A stretch of DNA of 64,000 nucleotides from a virus. The DNA lies in IMG/VR virus record IMGVR_UViG_3300048074_000120, positions 32,001-96,000 of that record. One strand, 5' to 3'. A program made the translations under genes and the position numbers. Every line of letters starts with the position of its first letter. The first letter of the stretch is position 1. A model generated the notes under the pieces. The model ran no database searches and was not told the origin of the DNA. It saw only the letters and a program-made list of their open reading frames with translations. Positions 1 through 8,336 of the stretch are shown piece by piece.

Positions 1-845
1 GCTTCCTGCCCCGGCATGCCTTCAGCGTTCGCTGGTTGACCTTGCTGGTTCAATCCACCCGCGCCTGGACCAGCGGCAGCAGTCGCCTCCTGCCCTTCGG
101 TCCCTTCTGCACCCTCGGCGCCTGGCGGGGCACCTGGAGCGGCAGCCGCTGGAGGGGTTGGATTCAACCCTTCGGCGGCATTGCCTTCGGCACCGAGCTC
201 GGGTTCCGTCCCCGGCAGGCCCTGCGCTGCCAGATCGAGGAGCTGACTGCGCAGCTGCTGCTGCTGAATCTTGGCCGAGGTCTCGGTCGTCTTGGCCTGC
301 AGCGCGCGGTTCTCTGCGTCCACAGCCTGTTGCATAGCTGTGGATGCCGCCATGTTGGCGCTCTGCACCTGCTGCATCGCCGCTTGCTGGGCGATCTGAC
401 CTTCCTGCTGAACGGCTGAAAGCTGGCTGTCATGCTCAGCCTGCGCTGCCTCGAGCTGCTGCGTGCGCTCCTCGGCCTCCTGTGCCGCTTGCTGCGCCTG
501 CGCCGTCTCACCCCGGAGTTGCTCGAGCAACTGCTGGTAGTACTCCACTGCCGCTGTATTCTCGGCTTCCAGGCCTTGTGCCTCGTTCGCCAAGTACTCG
601 GACTGCTCAGGGACTCGAGCCGGTGTTGGCGAAGACATAGACGCCCCTTCTTGAATAGGCTCTTCCTGCTCAGCGGCAATCTTACGAAAGCGCTCGAGCG
701 GAGATGCCAGGGCGCTCTCCGCCGCCTGCTTGGCCATCGACAGCTGCTCAGCAGAAGGACGCTGCCACGTCTTCATCCCCACAAAGAAGGAAGCTGCCTT
801 CTCCAGAGGGATCGCTCGGCTCAAACCACGTTGAAATGCGTCCAT
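1..845 (-). CDS. Gln/Ala/Glu-rich coiled-coil putative head-associated protein (partial, runs off window start)
   Basis: Not in ORF track. ATG at 845 overlaps upstream TAA (TAATG). My translation MDAFQRGLSRAIPLEKAASFF...RKIAAEQEE...QQAAQEAEERTQQLEAAQ stays open to base 1; three K-x-A motifs near the N-terminus. Confidence 0.75.
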   Translation of the reverse strand, partial: MDAFQRGLSRAIPLEKAASFFVGMKTWQRPSAEQLSMAKQAAESALASPLERFRKIAAEQEEPIQEGASMSSPTPARVPEQSEYLANEAQGLEAENTAAVEYYQQLLEQLRGETAQAQQAAQEAEERTQQLEAAQAEHDSQLSAVQQEGQIAQQAAMQQVQSANMAASTAMQQAVDAENRALQAKTTETSAKIQQQQLRSQLLDLAAQGLPGTEPELGAEGNAAEGLNPTPPAAAAPGAPPGAEGAEGTEGQEATAAAGPGAGGLNQQGQPANAEGMPGQE

Positions 846-1303
846 TAGTCCACCTCGACAGTAATGTAGATAGCGCCGTACTCGGAAACGAAGCCTAGGT
901 ACTTGGGGTTAGGTCCTGCTGGAGCGTTCAAGAACTGCCCAGCAAGCACCGCGTTATTGGCAAACCCCAAAATGATCCGGGCGGGTTCATTCAAGGCAGC
1001 CAAGCTGATGTTTTCACCGTGGGTCCTTCGATAAAAGACCAACTTGTTGTCGAGCGTTGCCACTACAACATCAGCCAGCGCCGGCACCGCTTCAATTTGG
1101 GACTTCACGTCAGAAAAACGAAGCTGACCCATAGCGGTTGTCGCCGGCTGAGTGAACGTGCACGCGCCCGCTGGGTCTGAAAAAGTAATGGTGAGTCCCA
1201 CTAGGTTCTCAAACCGTTGATTCACCTTGGTGCCGCCAATGATGCCGCCTCGAATCTTGACGTTGGCTTCATCCTTTGTGGCGTACTTATTGATCACAAT
1301 CAT
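845..1303 (-). CDS. hypothetical virion protein, paralogue of 58729-59265
   Basis: GAGG RBS; shares MIVI.KYAT, GGIIGG, LVGLT.TFS, CTFTQP, NEPAR..LGFANN with the 178-aa ORF. Confidence 0.75.
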   Translation of the reverse strand: MIVINKYATKDEANVKIRGGIIGGTKVNQRFENLVGLTITFSDPAGACTFTQPATTAMGQLRFSDVKSQIEAVPALADVVVATLDNKLVFYRRTHGENISLAALNEPARIILGFANNAVLAGQFLNAPAGPNPKYLGFVSEYGAIYITVEVD

Positions 1304-1332
1304 GGCGTTTCCTCGGTAACTTCCAAGACGCT

Positions 1333-1371
1333 AAAATAAAGTGCCAATGAAGGGTCCGCTGGGCACTTTAT
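1333..1371 (-). terminator. intrinsic terminator downstream of HNH gene
   Basis: 10-bp perfect stem ATAAAGTGCC/GGCACTTTAT, 16-nt loop, T-tract. Confidence 0.6.
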
Positions 1372-1379
1372 CCTGCAAA

Positions 1380-2063
1380 TCATAACGATGGATCTTTCAA
1401 TTCTTCAGAAACCACATTGTACGATCCGCAATCACGGCAGCGGAAGACAGATCCCCTACCGTGGTTGCCCACGCAGAGTTGCAGATTACTCAAATCATTG
1501 TTGGATGGATCTCCGTCCTTGTGATGAACGGTCTCATCCCGTGTAAGACAGCGCCCTAGGTGCTTGGCCATTACAAGACGATGCTCTAATACATACTTGG
1601 CATCATCTACTTTTGTTTGTGCCATGGAGTAATAGGGATCATCCGGATGAATTCGTACAAGGACGTAACCCTGCTTATGCGCGATACGGCCCCCTTGCCA
1701 TCCGTGATGATCTTCCCCAAATTGAAAACCTGGCCTTCGTAACTTCACACTAGCGGAAGTCATCCTGTAGGCAATTGTTCCTGCTGAGACTCCGTACTCT
1801 TTTGCTAATTCTTCAGTGCTAGCGCCGGCATCATACTTTGCTATCAGCAATTCCAAAGCTGCGTCATCCAATACCAACTTTCTATATCCAGCCCGCCCAC
1901 GCAATGGGATCCCTGCCCGCCTCAACGCATAACGCACAGTTTTCTCATTCACGCCTAATTTACGCGAGATACTAATGAGGCTACTGTTCGCTTGATACAT
2001 CTGAATGACTTTTTCTTCTTGCGATTTACTAAGTTTGTAGTCAGGACCTGTTCTACTTTTCAT
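1380..2063 (-). CDS. free-standing HNH homing endonuclease with N-terminal HTH repeats
   Basis: GW.GGR...GYV, YVLEHRLVMAKHLGR, VHHKDGDPSNNDLSNL (HNH_3 type); two HTH-like segments at the N-terminus. Confidence 0.9.
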   Translation of the reverse strand: MKSRTGPDYKLSKSQEEKVIQMYQANSSLISISRKLGVNEKTVRYALRRAGIPLRGRAGYRKLVLDDAALELLIAKYDAGASTEELAKEYGVSAGTIAYRMTSASVKLRRPGFQFGEDHHGWQGGRIAHKQGYVLVRIHPDDPYYSMAQTKVDDAKYVLEHRLVMAKHLGRCLTRDETVHHKDGDPSNNDLSNLQLCVGNHGRGSVFRCRDCGSYNVVSEELKDPSL

Positions 2064-2115
2064 CGGTAAAGAACCCTTCCGGAATTCTTATACCTGATAA
2101 TACTACCGTATTCTA

Positions 2116-2634
2116 CTAGAACTGGGCGTATGTGCTGTTGGTCGCCCAGTATTCACTAAACACCCCGCTGTTGGTCGGACCCAGAATGCCCTCGATGTTG
2201 AGGGCAACCTTGACCTGTTGCTTGCGCTGATCCGTGAATGCCCTGAAGTACTGGAGCCAGTTCATCAGGAGCGGTGTCTTGTCGTTGATGCCGACGTTGA
2301 TGCCGCCGGTCGAATAGTTGATGTGGTTCCTGGTCTGGAGCAGGCCGACTTGTTCGATGAGCGAGATTACCGTCATGCGGAGCAGCAAGTACTGCAGGTT
2401 GCGACCCAGCATGTCGTCCAAGGACATCGTGGTGAAGTGAGGAGTGCCGTTGAAGTCGGACACTGCATCCAAAACGGACCAGGCAATCTGCCGATCCGTG
2501 GACTCCTCACCTGCCAGCAATCGATTCAGCTCTGGGAAATCTCGCGTGTACAACCGCACAGCCTGCACGAATGCCCGGAAAGTCGGTGTGACCCCGGGCA
2601 GTCCTTGCAATGTGTCACGGTTCACGTTGGTCAT
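2116..2634 (-). CDS. putative neck / head-tail adaptor protein
   Basis: 172 aa, downstream of the capsid gene; RDFPELNRL and RNHINYSTGGINV segments resemble large-phage neck proteins (recall only, not searched). Confidence 0.5.
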   Translation of the reverse strand: MTNVNRDTLQGLPGVTPTFRAFVQAVRLYTRDFPELNRLLAGEESTDRQIAWSVLDAVSDFNGTPHFTTMSLDDMLGRNLQYLLLRMTVISLIEQVGLLQTRNHINYSTGGINVGINDKTPLLMNWLQYFRAFTDQRKQQVKVALNIEGILGPTNSGVFSEYWATNSTYAQF

Positions 2635-2999
2635 GACCGGTCTTTTCTTCTACCCTTCAACACCACAGGGCGTTCGGTAGTAGGAGCCACAGTGCCCTTA
2701 GGTTCACCCACCACCTGCGTCTCTTGAACGTCAATGTGCCGAACAGGGAGGCTGCCAAAGGTACCCGATTGAGGTGCCAGTAGCTGCTTTGCTCGAAGGT
2801 AAGCCGGGGGTAATTGGTCAATCGACACCGCACCGACCGTAAGCACATGTGATAGCCGTGCCCGCATCGTGGGAGTGTCCTCGACCTCCACAAACTGGCC
2901 GGGCTCGATGACGCGACGGTGCGCCACAATCTGCTGGTTGAGCAGGCTGTAGCGCTCAAGAACCGGCGTTGAAACGTCCGTAAGGTTGTAGACGCGCAT
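2631..2999 (-). CDS. hypothetical protein
   Basis: Translationally coupled to both neighbours (overlapping stop/start codons). Confidence 0.7.
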   Translation of the reverse strand: MRVYNLTDVSTPVLERYSLLNQQIVAHRRVIEPGQFVEVEDTPTMRARLSHVLTVGAVSIDQLPPAYLRAKQLLAPQSGTFGSLPVRHIDVQETQVVGEPKGTVAPTTERPVVLKGRRKDRS

Positions 3000-3910
3000 T
3001 AGCGCCTCCGCTTCTTGCCGTGCGTCGTTGACCGACTCAGGGCAGGATCACTAGACGCCGAGGGTGCTGAAGGCGGTGGCGGAGGTTCCTCCGTTGCCGC
3101 TTCAGTGGATTCCACCGCTGAATTCGAGACCTCGATTTTCTCCTCAACCGCCGGACTTTCCTCAGTAAGTTCGGGTTCATCCACAGCGGGGGTCTCTTCA
3201 GTAGCCCCTTGGCGAATAGCTTCCGTCTGCTTTTCAGCAGTGATGCGCTCAAGCGCACGCTGCGCGGCAGGGTCTCCCGGGTACGTCCCGTCGATGTAGG
3301 TCGGCAAAGGATTGCCAGCGGGCGTGTCGTACGCGAGCGAATCCAAGCGACGATTGTACTGGGCCGGAACTGGCGGGGCTGCCGCAATGACAGGGATGCC
3401 CGCCTTCAACTGCACCAAGTCCAGCCGTCGACCGTCCTTCGTGTGCACGGACAATCTCCCAACCGCTTCATGCTCAATGAAGCTGTCCACGTTTTGAACA
3501 AGGTCACGTGCCGTAACCACCACAGGCCGACGACGGGTCAACCGCTTGTGGGGATCACCCAAAAGGTACTGCTTGAATCGATGCCGCGTGGGGTGCTGCG
3601 TGCGCACCGTACGTGTTGCCACCTTGCGCACTTGGCTATGGACGACGAGAATCTCCGGCAGCCCTAGCTCCTGAATCACCTCGTCAAGTGCGTCTGGCTT
3701 CCTCGGCGCCCTTGTCTCAGCGGGCTTGACCCACTTGGGATTGCTCCAGGCTGGGCCCCAATCTTCGCCAAAGTAGTTCTCGTAGAGCTCGGGTGCGTAC
3801 CCGGCAGCCACAAACTCTTCGAGGCAGGGCCGCTTCAACTTACCGTCAGCCTCACGCGGCTGATTGGGATACTGCTCTCTCTCGTCCATCGTAACCTCCA
3901 CGTCGAGCAT
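2999..3910 (-). CDS. hypothetical protein with acidic/Pro-rich tail
   Basis: 303 aa, AAGGT RBS, in the head operon, coupled to the next gene. Confidence 0.7.
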   Translation of the reverse strand: MLDVEVTMDEREQYPNQPREADGKLKRPCLEEFVAAGYAPELYENYFGEDWGPAWSNPKWVKPAETRAPRKPDALDEVIQELGLPEILVVHSQVRKVATRTVRTQHPTRHRFKQYLLGDPHKRLTRRRPVVVTARDLVQNVDSFIEHEAVGRLSVHTKDGRRLDLVQLKAGIPVIAAAPPVPAQYNRRLDSLAYDTPAGNPLPTYIDGTYPGDPAAQRALERITAEKQTEAIRQGATEETPAVDEPELTEESPAVEEKIEVSNSAVESTEAATEEPPPPPSAPSASSDPALSRSTTHGKKRRR

Positions 3911-3926
3911 ACAACCTTCTCAGAAC

Positions 3927-3963
3927 TAAGAAAGGGCGCCGGGCCCACGGCACCGACGCCCTT
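3927..3963 (-). terminator. intrinsic terminator after major capsid gene
   Basis: 11-bp stem AAGGGCGTCGG/CCGGCGCCCTT (one G-U) followed by TCTT. Confidence 0.65.
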
Positions 3964-3988
3964 CCGCGTTCCTGCTTACTGCTGCAGG

Positions 3989-5107
3989 TTAGAACTGAGA
4001 GACTTGCGGGAACTTCAGCCCATCGCCCACGCGATTGTTGACCGCGCCGAGTGCGTCTTCCGACCTCGGGATGAAGTTAGAAATCAGGCTGTCCGCATCG
4101 GTAGTCGGGTTCGCGTCGCCCGAGTACAGCTCGAGCTTTCGAACTGAAGCGATGTTGATAACCGACATGCCGATGTCTTCCCAGGCCTGGAACGTGATCG
4201 TGTTGGCGATCTTGTCGATGTAGAACTTCGTGTTGTTCAGAACGTAGAACTTCCCGAAGAACTCAGGCTTGGTGAAGATGTAGACGTTGCCAGGACGAAG
4301 AATGTCGGTCTTGATGGTACGAATGTACGAACGACCCAGCAGGGTGTTGTACTTGTACCCGTCGACCGTAGTCTCGGACTGCACGCGGTCACCAAAGTCT
4401 TCCACCGTCCATTGCAGGACGTCGTCCCAATCGACCTCAGTCATGAGCATACGCTCTGACCGCAGTCGGTTCCCGTCCAACATCTTGAAGAGGTTGACGA
4501 GATCGGGGCGCTGAATGGGGAGAACTTCAGCACTGTTGGCCAAGGCATTACGTGCGAGCTCGCCCTTGCGGACGGAGAACTCGACCGTGCTGCCGATGGT
4601 GCCAACGTGCAGGGCTGCCGCCGTGCCACCGTTGGCTTCAGTTTGCAGTGCTTGCACCGCAGCTTCGATGTGGATCGTGAACTCACGGTCCTCGATTTCC
4701 TGGATGTCCTTCACCGAGTTCTCTTCGATGACCTTGGTGATGGGCATTTCGTACGCCAAGAGTTCCTGCTCCGTCTTTTGGAACATCTCAGAACTGATGG
4801 TGTAGAAAGCAACCTCAGCCTTGTCGCCACGGATGAAGCGGGCTTGAGGTGATCCACGGAATGTGATCGCCATGGCGCGAGACTGCGGCTCGATGTCCAC
4901 AATCTTGACCAAGGTGTCGTGGTTGACCGAGCGCTGACAGTCTGCACGCGTGACCTGCTCCGGCGGTATGACTTTGCGGGCAAAGCTCACCTCACGGAGG
5001 CGGTCACGGATGTAGGAACCACCATACTCGGCGATCTTTTCTTTGCCCTCACTCGTACCGAGTTTGGAAGCAAAGAGCTCGTTCATAACACTCGCCGGAA
5101 CTGCCAT
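3989..5107 (-). CDS. major capsid protein (HK97 fold)
   Basis: 372 aa, strong AAGGAG RBS, follows protease/scaffold/decoration genes and precedes a terminator; YIRDRLREVSFARKVIPP and EEN..KDIQEIEDREF are typical large-phage MCP segments. Confidence 0.85.
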   Translation of the reverse strand: MAVPASVMNELFASKLGTSEGKEKIAEYGGSYIRDRLREVSFARKVIPPEQVTRADCQRSVNHDTLVKIVDIEPQSRAMAITFRGSPQARFIRGDKAEVAFYTISSEMFQKTEQELLAYEMPITKVIEENSVKDIQEIEDREFTIHIEAAVQALQTEANGGTAAALHVGTIGSTVEFSVRKGELARNALANSAEVLPIQRPDLVNLFKMLDGNRLRSERMLMTEVDWDDVLQWTVEDFGDRVQSETTVDGYKYNTLLGRSYIRTIKTDILRPGNVYIFTKPEFFGKFYVLNNTKFYIDKIANTITFQAWEDIGMSVINIASVRKLELYSGDANPTTDADSLISNFIPRSEDALGAVNNRVGDGLKFPQVSQF

Positions 5108-5161
5108 TGGGGTATCTCCTTGTAGTATCCCTTGTGTTTTTGCCTACGGGTATTCCAGCGG

Positions 5162-5686
5162 TTAGCTGCGGTATCCCGAGATGAATCTGAGCTTACCACC
5201 GTTGCTGGCAGGAAGCCGAGTGACGTAACCCACTACGGGTGATGCATCTGACGAACCGCCGTGGCCAACAAGGCCAACGTAGTTGCGGCTGCCAACGGTG
5301 ATGGTTGCAACCTTGAGGGGCTGCAGCACGGTTGTGATCGCGGCGCCTGAGCCGAGGGCGACAGAAGCATCGAATACGCGGGTGTCGGCCTCGTACTCAC
5401 CACGGAACAAGCCCGTAGTCTTCTTGTCTGCCATGCCCATACGGTCCGAACGACCGCGCTCGCTGAAGCAAATGAAGCTTCTCACGGTGGCAAGGGTGCC
5501 GGGGGTGGCTACTGCCGCGGCACGAACCCACTTGTAGTTCGTGTCAATCGTCAGCCATTCGCCATCCACGAGGGCAACGGCGTTTGTAGGATCAGCCAGC
5601 GACGCATCTGCGAGCGGGAGGTCTTTCCTCCAGACGGGCAGAATATCGCTGACGGGCTCAAAATTGACCTTCTGAATCGTCGACAT
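5162..5686 (-). CDS. putative capsid decoration/cement protein
   Basis: 174 aa, beta-rich, immediately upstream of MCP, AGGAGG RBS. Confidence 0.55.
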   Translation of the reverse strand: MSTIQKVNFEPVSDILPVWRKDLPLADASLADPTNAVALVDGEWLTIDTNYKWVRAAAVATPGTLATVRSFICFSERGRSDRMGMADKKTTGLFRGEYEADTRVFDASVALGSGAAITTVLQPLKVATITVGSRNYVGLVGHGGSSDASPVVGYVTRLPASNGGKLRFISGYRS

Positions 5687-5714
5687 TGTATTACTTTCCT
5701 CCTGTCAGCCTCTG

Positions 5715-6068
5715 TCAGCCAAGCAAAAACCGCTCAAGGTCGCTGGACCCTGCGGAACCCGAGAGCTCGTCGGACACGGCGGCATGCTTTCCCATGTCCG
5801 TTCCTACGAGCTGCACAGCTTGTTCGATGGCATCGATGTTGACGGAGCCGGTAGATGCCGACTTCTCCAATTCGTTTGCCACGGTCTGAACATCACCATC
5901 ACGAATCCCTTTTTCGATCATCGTGCTGGCAATCTTCTCAATTCGGTTTCGGGATTGTCCCGCCAGGTACGCGTCTCGATAAAAGTCGCGTTCCTGTGCG
6001 AGTTTGAGCAATGTACCGGGAACTTCCGCCAGAACTGCTCTCTGATCTTCTGCACTTAGCTTGTTCAT
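5715..6068 (-). CDS. small scaffold-like head protein (K-x-A rich)
   Basis: Start moved to ATG 6068 (GGAGA RBS); helical; KLAQ, KIAS, KSAS, KHAA. Confidence 0.65.
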   Translation of the reverse strand: MNKLSAEDQRAVLAEVPGTLLKLAQERDFYRDAYLAGQSRNRIEKIASTMIEKGIRDGDVQTVANELEKSASTGSVNIDAIEQAVQLVGTDMGKHAAVSDELSGSAGSSDLERFLLG

Positions 6069-6084
6069 CTTAGGGGTTCTCCAA

Positions 6085-7476
6085 TTACATTGCCGAGCTG
6101 GCCGCGCCGCCAACCTGGGGAGCCTGGAAAGCACCCATGCCGGCGCTTACCTTTTTCTTGGACTTACCATCGGGGCAGGCTTCTGCAGCCAGCTTCTCGA
6201 GGACAGCCCGCGCGGCCATGGCGCGAACTGAGGAGGCGATCTTGACGCCGGCTTTGCCGGTGTTGTCGAACGCTTGCTCCAGCGTGCGGTCATGCGCCGC
6301 CGATAGAGCAGGCTCGGTCAGAACATGTGCCAGCTGTGCCTTCACTGGGGCTTTCGCCTCACGCTTCTGGTAGTTGATGGCCGCTTCATTCGAACCGACG
6401 AGGCCTCGAGGGCCTTCCGGCATGCCACCGGCAGGAGCTCCACCAGACTCGCCCGCCATTGAAGTCTCAGGGGGCACAGCTGCGCCCGCTGAAATCTTGG
6501 CAGGATTGATGGCGTCTTCCGCGGCTTTGACCATGGACACGAAGTAGTCTACCAAGCGGGCGTCAACAGCCGAAGCTTCTTTCTCGCCTTCACCGCCGCC
6601 CGCCTTACGCTCTTTGGCTTCGAGCTTCTTCTCAGCAGCTTGTTCTGCCGCAGGTTCGCGTGTCTTGTCGTCCTTGTTTTCACCCTTACCAATGGGGAAC
6701 TGAGCGACCTTACGGAGAAGCGCAACGTGGCTGAGCTTCACCGGTTGCTCTTTGTGCATCATCGAGGCGTTATCCTCGAGAGCATTGGCGGGGCCCTTCG
6801 GGGTCTCGGCCGGCTTGTGCTCGCCGGGATTCTTGGGGGGTACATGTGCGGGCGTCGCCGTCCCACTGTGGCCCGCTTCAATCTCGTTGTTGGACGAAGT
6901 TGCCTCCAACACTTGAAGCGCGTTAGGGCCAGTTCCGGCACCTTCCTCGGCGACCTTCATGGTGTCCGCGACATAAGCCACGGCCGCCGCAAGCTTTTCG
7001 ACGTAGTTAGTGGGAATGGACTCGATGCCAGAAGCTTGTGCCGCTTTGGCAGAAGCCACCTTCTCGCCAGCGTTGGCGAGTTGCCGATTACCTTCGAGAG
7101 CAACCGACGCATGATCAGAGACGCTTTGCGTAGCCGCCTTGATCATATCCTGAATTGTGAAACGTTGGGTCATCGCAGACATAGGAACCTCATGGTGAGC
7201 TACCTTGGGTGGAAGAAATCCTTGTGGATCTGTAGGAAGCCCCTTTTGAGTTGAGGCACCCAAATCCGCGGGAGGAGGAGAACCGGAATTGACGCGTGAG
7301 TAGTTGGTGCGTGGGGCCAAGCCTTTCGGACCCGAGAGCCCTGGTGCTGGCTTGTTCCCCACCGCCAACTCGGGCAGGGGAGCCGTCGCAGCTGCGCCTA
7401 CTGCCGGATCGGCAAGAGGCACGGAAGGGGCGCCTGCCACCTTCCTGAACTGCGATAAAAGCTCCCATGCTTGCAT
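6085..7476 (-). CDS. low-complexity core/scaffold protein (K-x-A rich)
   Basis: 463 aa, Ala/Pro/Glu/Lys-rich, about 14 K-x-A motifs; possible second in-frame start at 7182. Confidence 0.75.
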   Translation of the reverse strand: MQAWELLSQFRKVAGAPSVPLADPAVGAAATAPLPELAVGNKPAPGLSGPKGLAPRTNYSRVNSGSPPPADLGASTQKGLPTDPQGFLPPKVAHHEVPMSAMTQRFTIQDMIKAATQSVSDHASVALEGNRQLANAGEKVASAKAAQASGIESIPTNYVEKLAAAVAYVADTMKVAEEGAGTGPNALQVLEATSSNNEIEAGHSGTATPAHVPPKNPGEHKPAETPKGPANALEDNASMMHKEQPVKLSHVALLRKVAQFPIGKGENKDDKTREPAAEQAAEKKLEAKERKAGGGEGEKEASAVDARLVDYFVSMVKAAEDAINPAKISAGAAVPPETSMAGESGGAPAGGMPEGPRGLVGSNEAAINYQKREAKAPVKAQLAHVLTEPALSAAHDRTLEQAFDNTGKAGVKIASSVRAMAARAVLEKLAAEACPDGKSKKKVSAGMGAFQAPQVGGAASSAM

Positions 7477-7508
7477 CTTTCGACCATTCCAGAGGGTTCA
7501 ACTCGCTC

Positions 7509-8324
7509 TTACTGTACTTGGCTCCAATCCACCTGGAAGCCGGCTGCGTCACAGATCTCAAGAGCACGATACTCGAGAGCCTTGTTCTCATCAGCCGCCG
7601 ACGCCATCTTCACGCTCTCAGGGAGGCCGAGGACGTACGCGGCATTGACGCGCTCGAAGGCAACCTTCGCATCAACGTTGGCTTGCTTCAGCATGTTGAT
7701 GGCGTGCCACGCGGCAATCTCATCGAAGTTCGGCGTGCTGGTTGAGCCCGGAACGCTTGCAGTCTTCGCCTGCTCAAAAGCAGCGATGATCGCATTGGCG
7801 CGTGCGACGGAAGCTTCCTTCTCACCGCCCTCGTCCTTCTTGCCTTCTTCCTTCTTTTCCTTGCCCTCTTCCTTACACTCTTTGCCTTCTTCCTTCTTGG
7901 CAAAGGGGAAACCGCCCATGGCGGCCGAGACTTTGGCCATCTCGTCAACAAACGAATGCGCCATGATGCGGCCCATCGCTTCGGCTTCGGCACACTTCAC
8001 GGCAGCCGCACGCTTCTCTTGGTACTCAGCGCGCGCAGCAGCTTCCTTTTCCTTGAGAGCTTTCTCCTCGATCTTCTCTTCAGCCTTGGTTTCTTTGGCT
8101 TCGTGCTCGGGCTTGCCCTCGCCAGCGGACTTGATTTGCATGGCAACCTTGAAGAGGTCAGCGACCTTCTCATCGGTAAGCTGCGAGACGTCGATATTCT
8201 CCTTGCGGCAAAGTGCGCCGAAGAATTCGTAGTCAGCCTGCTTCACCAAGTCTTCTTCGGTGTGCGCGGCGGCCGTCTTTGTGTTGAACACGTCTGCGAG
8301 TAGAGAGCTCATGGATTGCGACAT
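7509..8324 (-). CDS. charged helical scaffold/core protein (K-x-A rich)
   Basis: 271 aa, Glu/Lys/Ala-rich, 13 K-x-A motifs, GGAG RBS, directly downstream of the protease. Confidence 0.75.
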   Translation of the reverse strand: MSQSMSSLLADVFNTKTAAAHTEEDLVKQADYEFFGALCRKENIDVSQLTDEKVADLFKVAMQIKSAGEGKPEHEAKETKAEEKIEEKALKEKEAAARAEYQEKRAAAVKCAEAEAMGRIMAHSFVDEMAKVSAAMGGFPFAKKEEGKECKEEGKEKKEEGKKDEGGEKEASVARANAIIAAFEQAKTASVPGSTSTPNFDEIAAWHAINMLKQANVDAKVAFERVNAAYVLGLPESVKMASAADENKALEYRALEICDAAGFQVDWSQVQ

Positions 8325-8336
8325 ATTGATCGACTC

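Noticed and set aside
36-848. Plus-strand Leu/Arg-rich ORFs (36-419, 432-848) and minus ORF 164-679
   Set aside because: Shadows of the real Gln/Ala/Glu-rich minus-strand gene starting at 845.
5701-5720. Tandem CTGTCAGCC repeat
   Set aside because: Two 9-nt copies around a stop codon and RBS; no further copies noticed.
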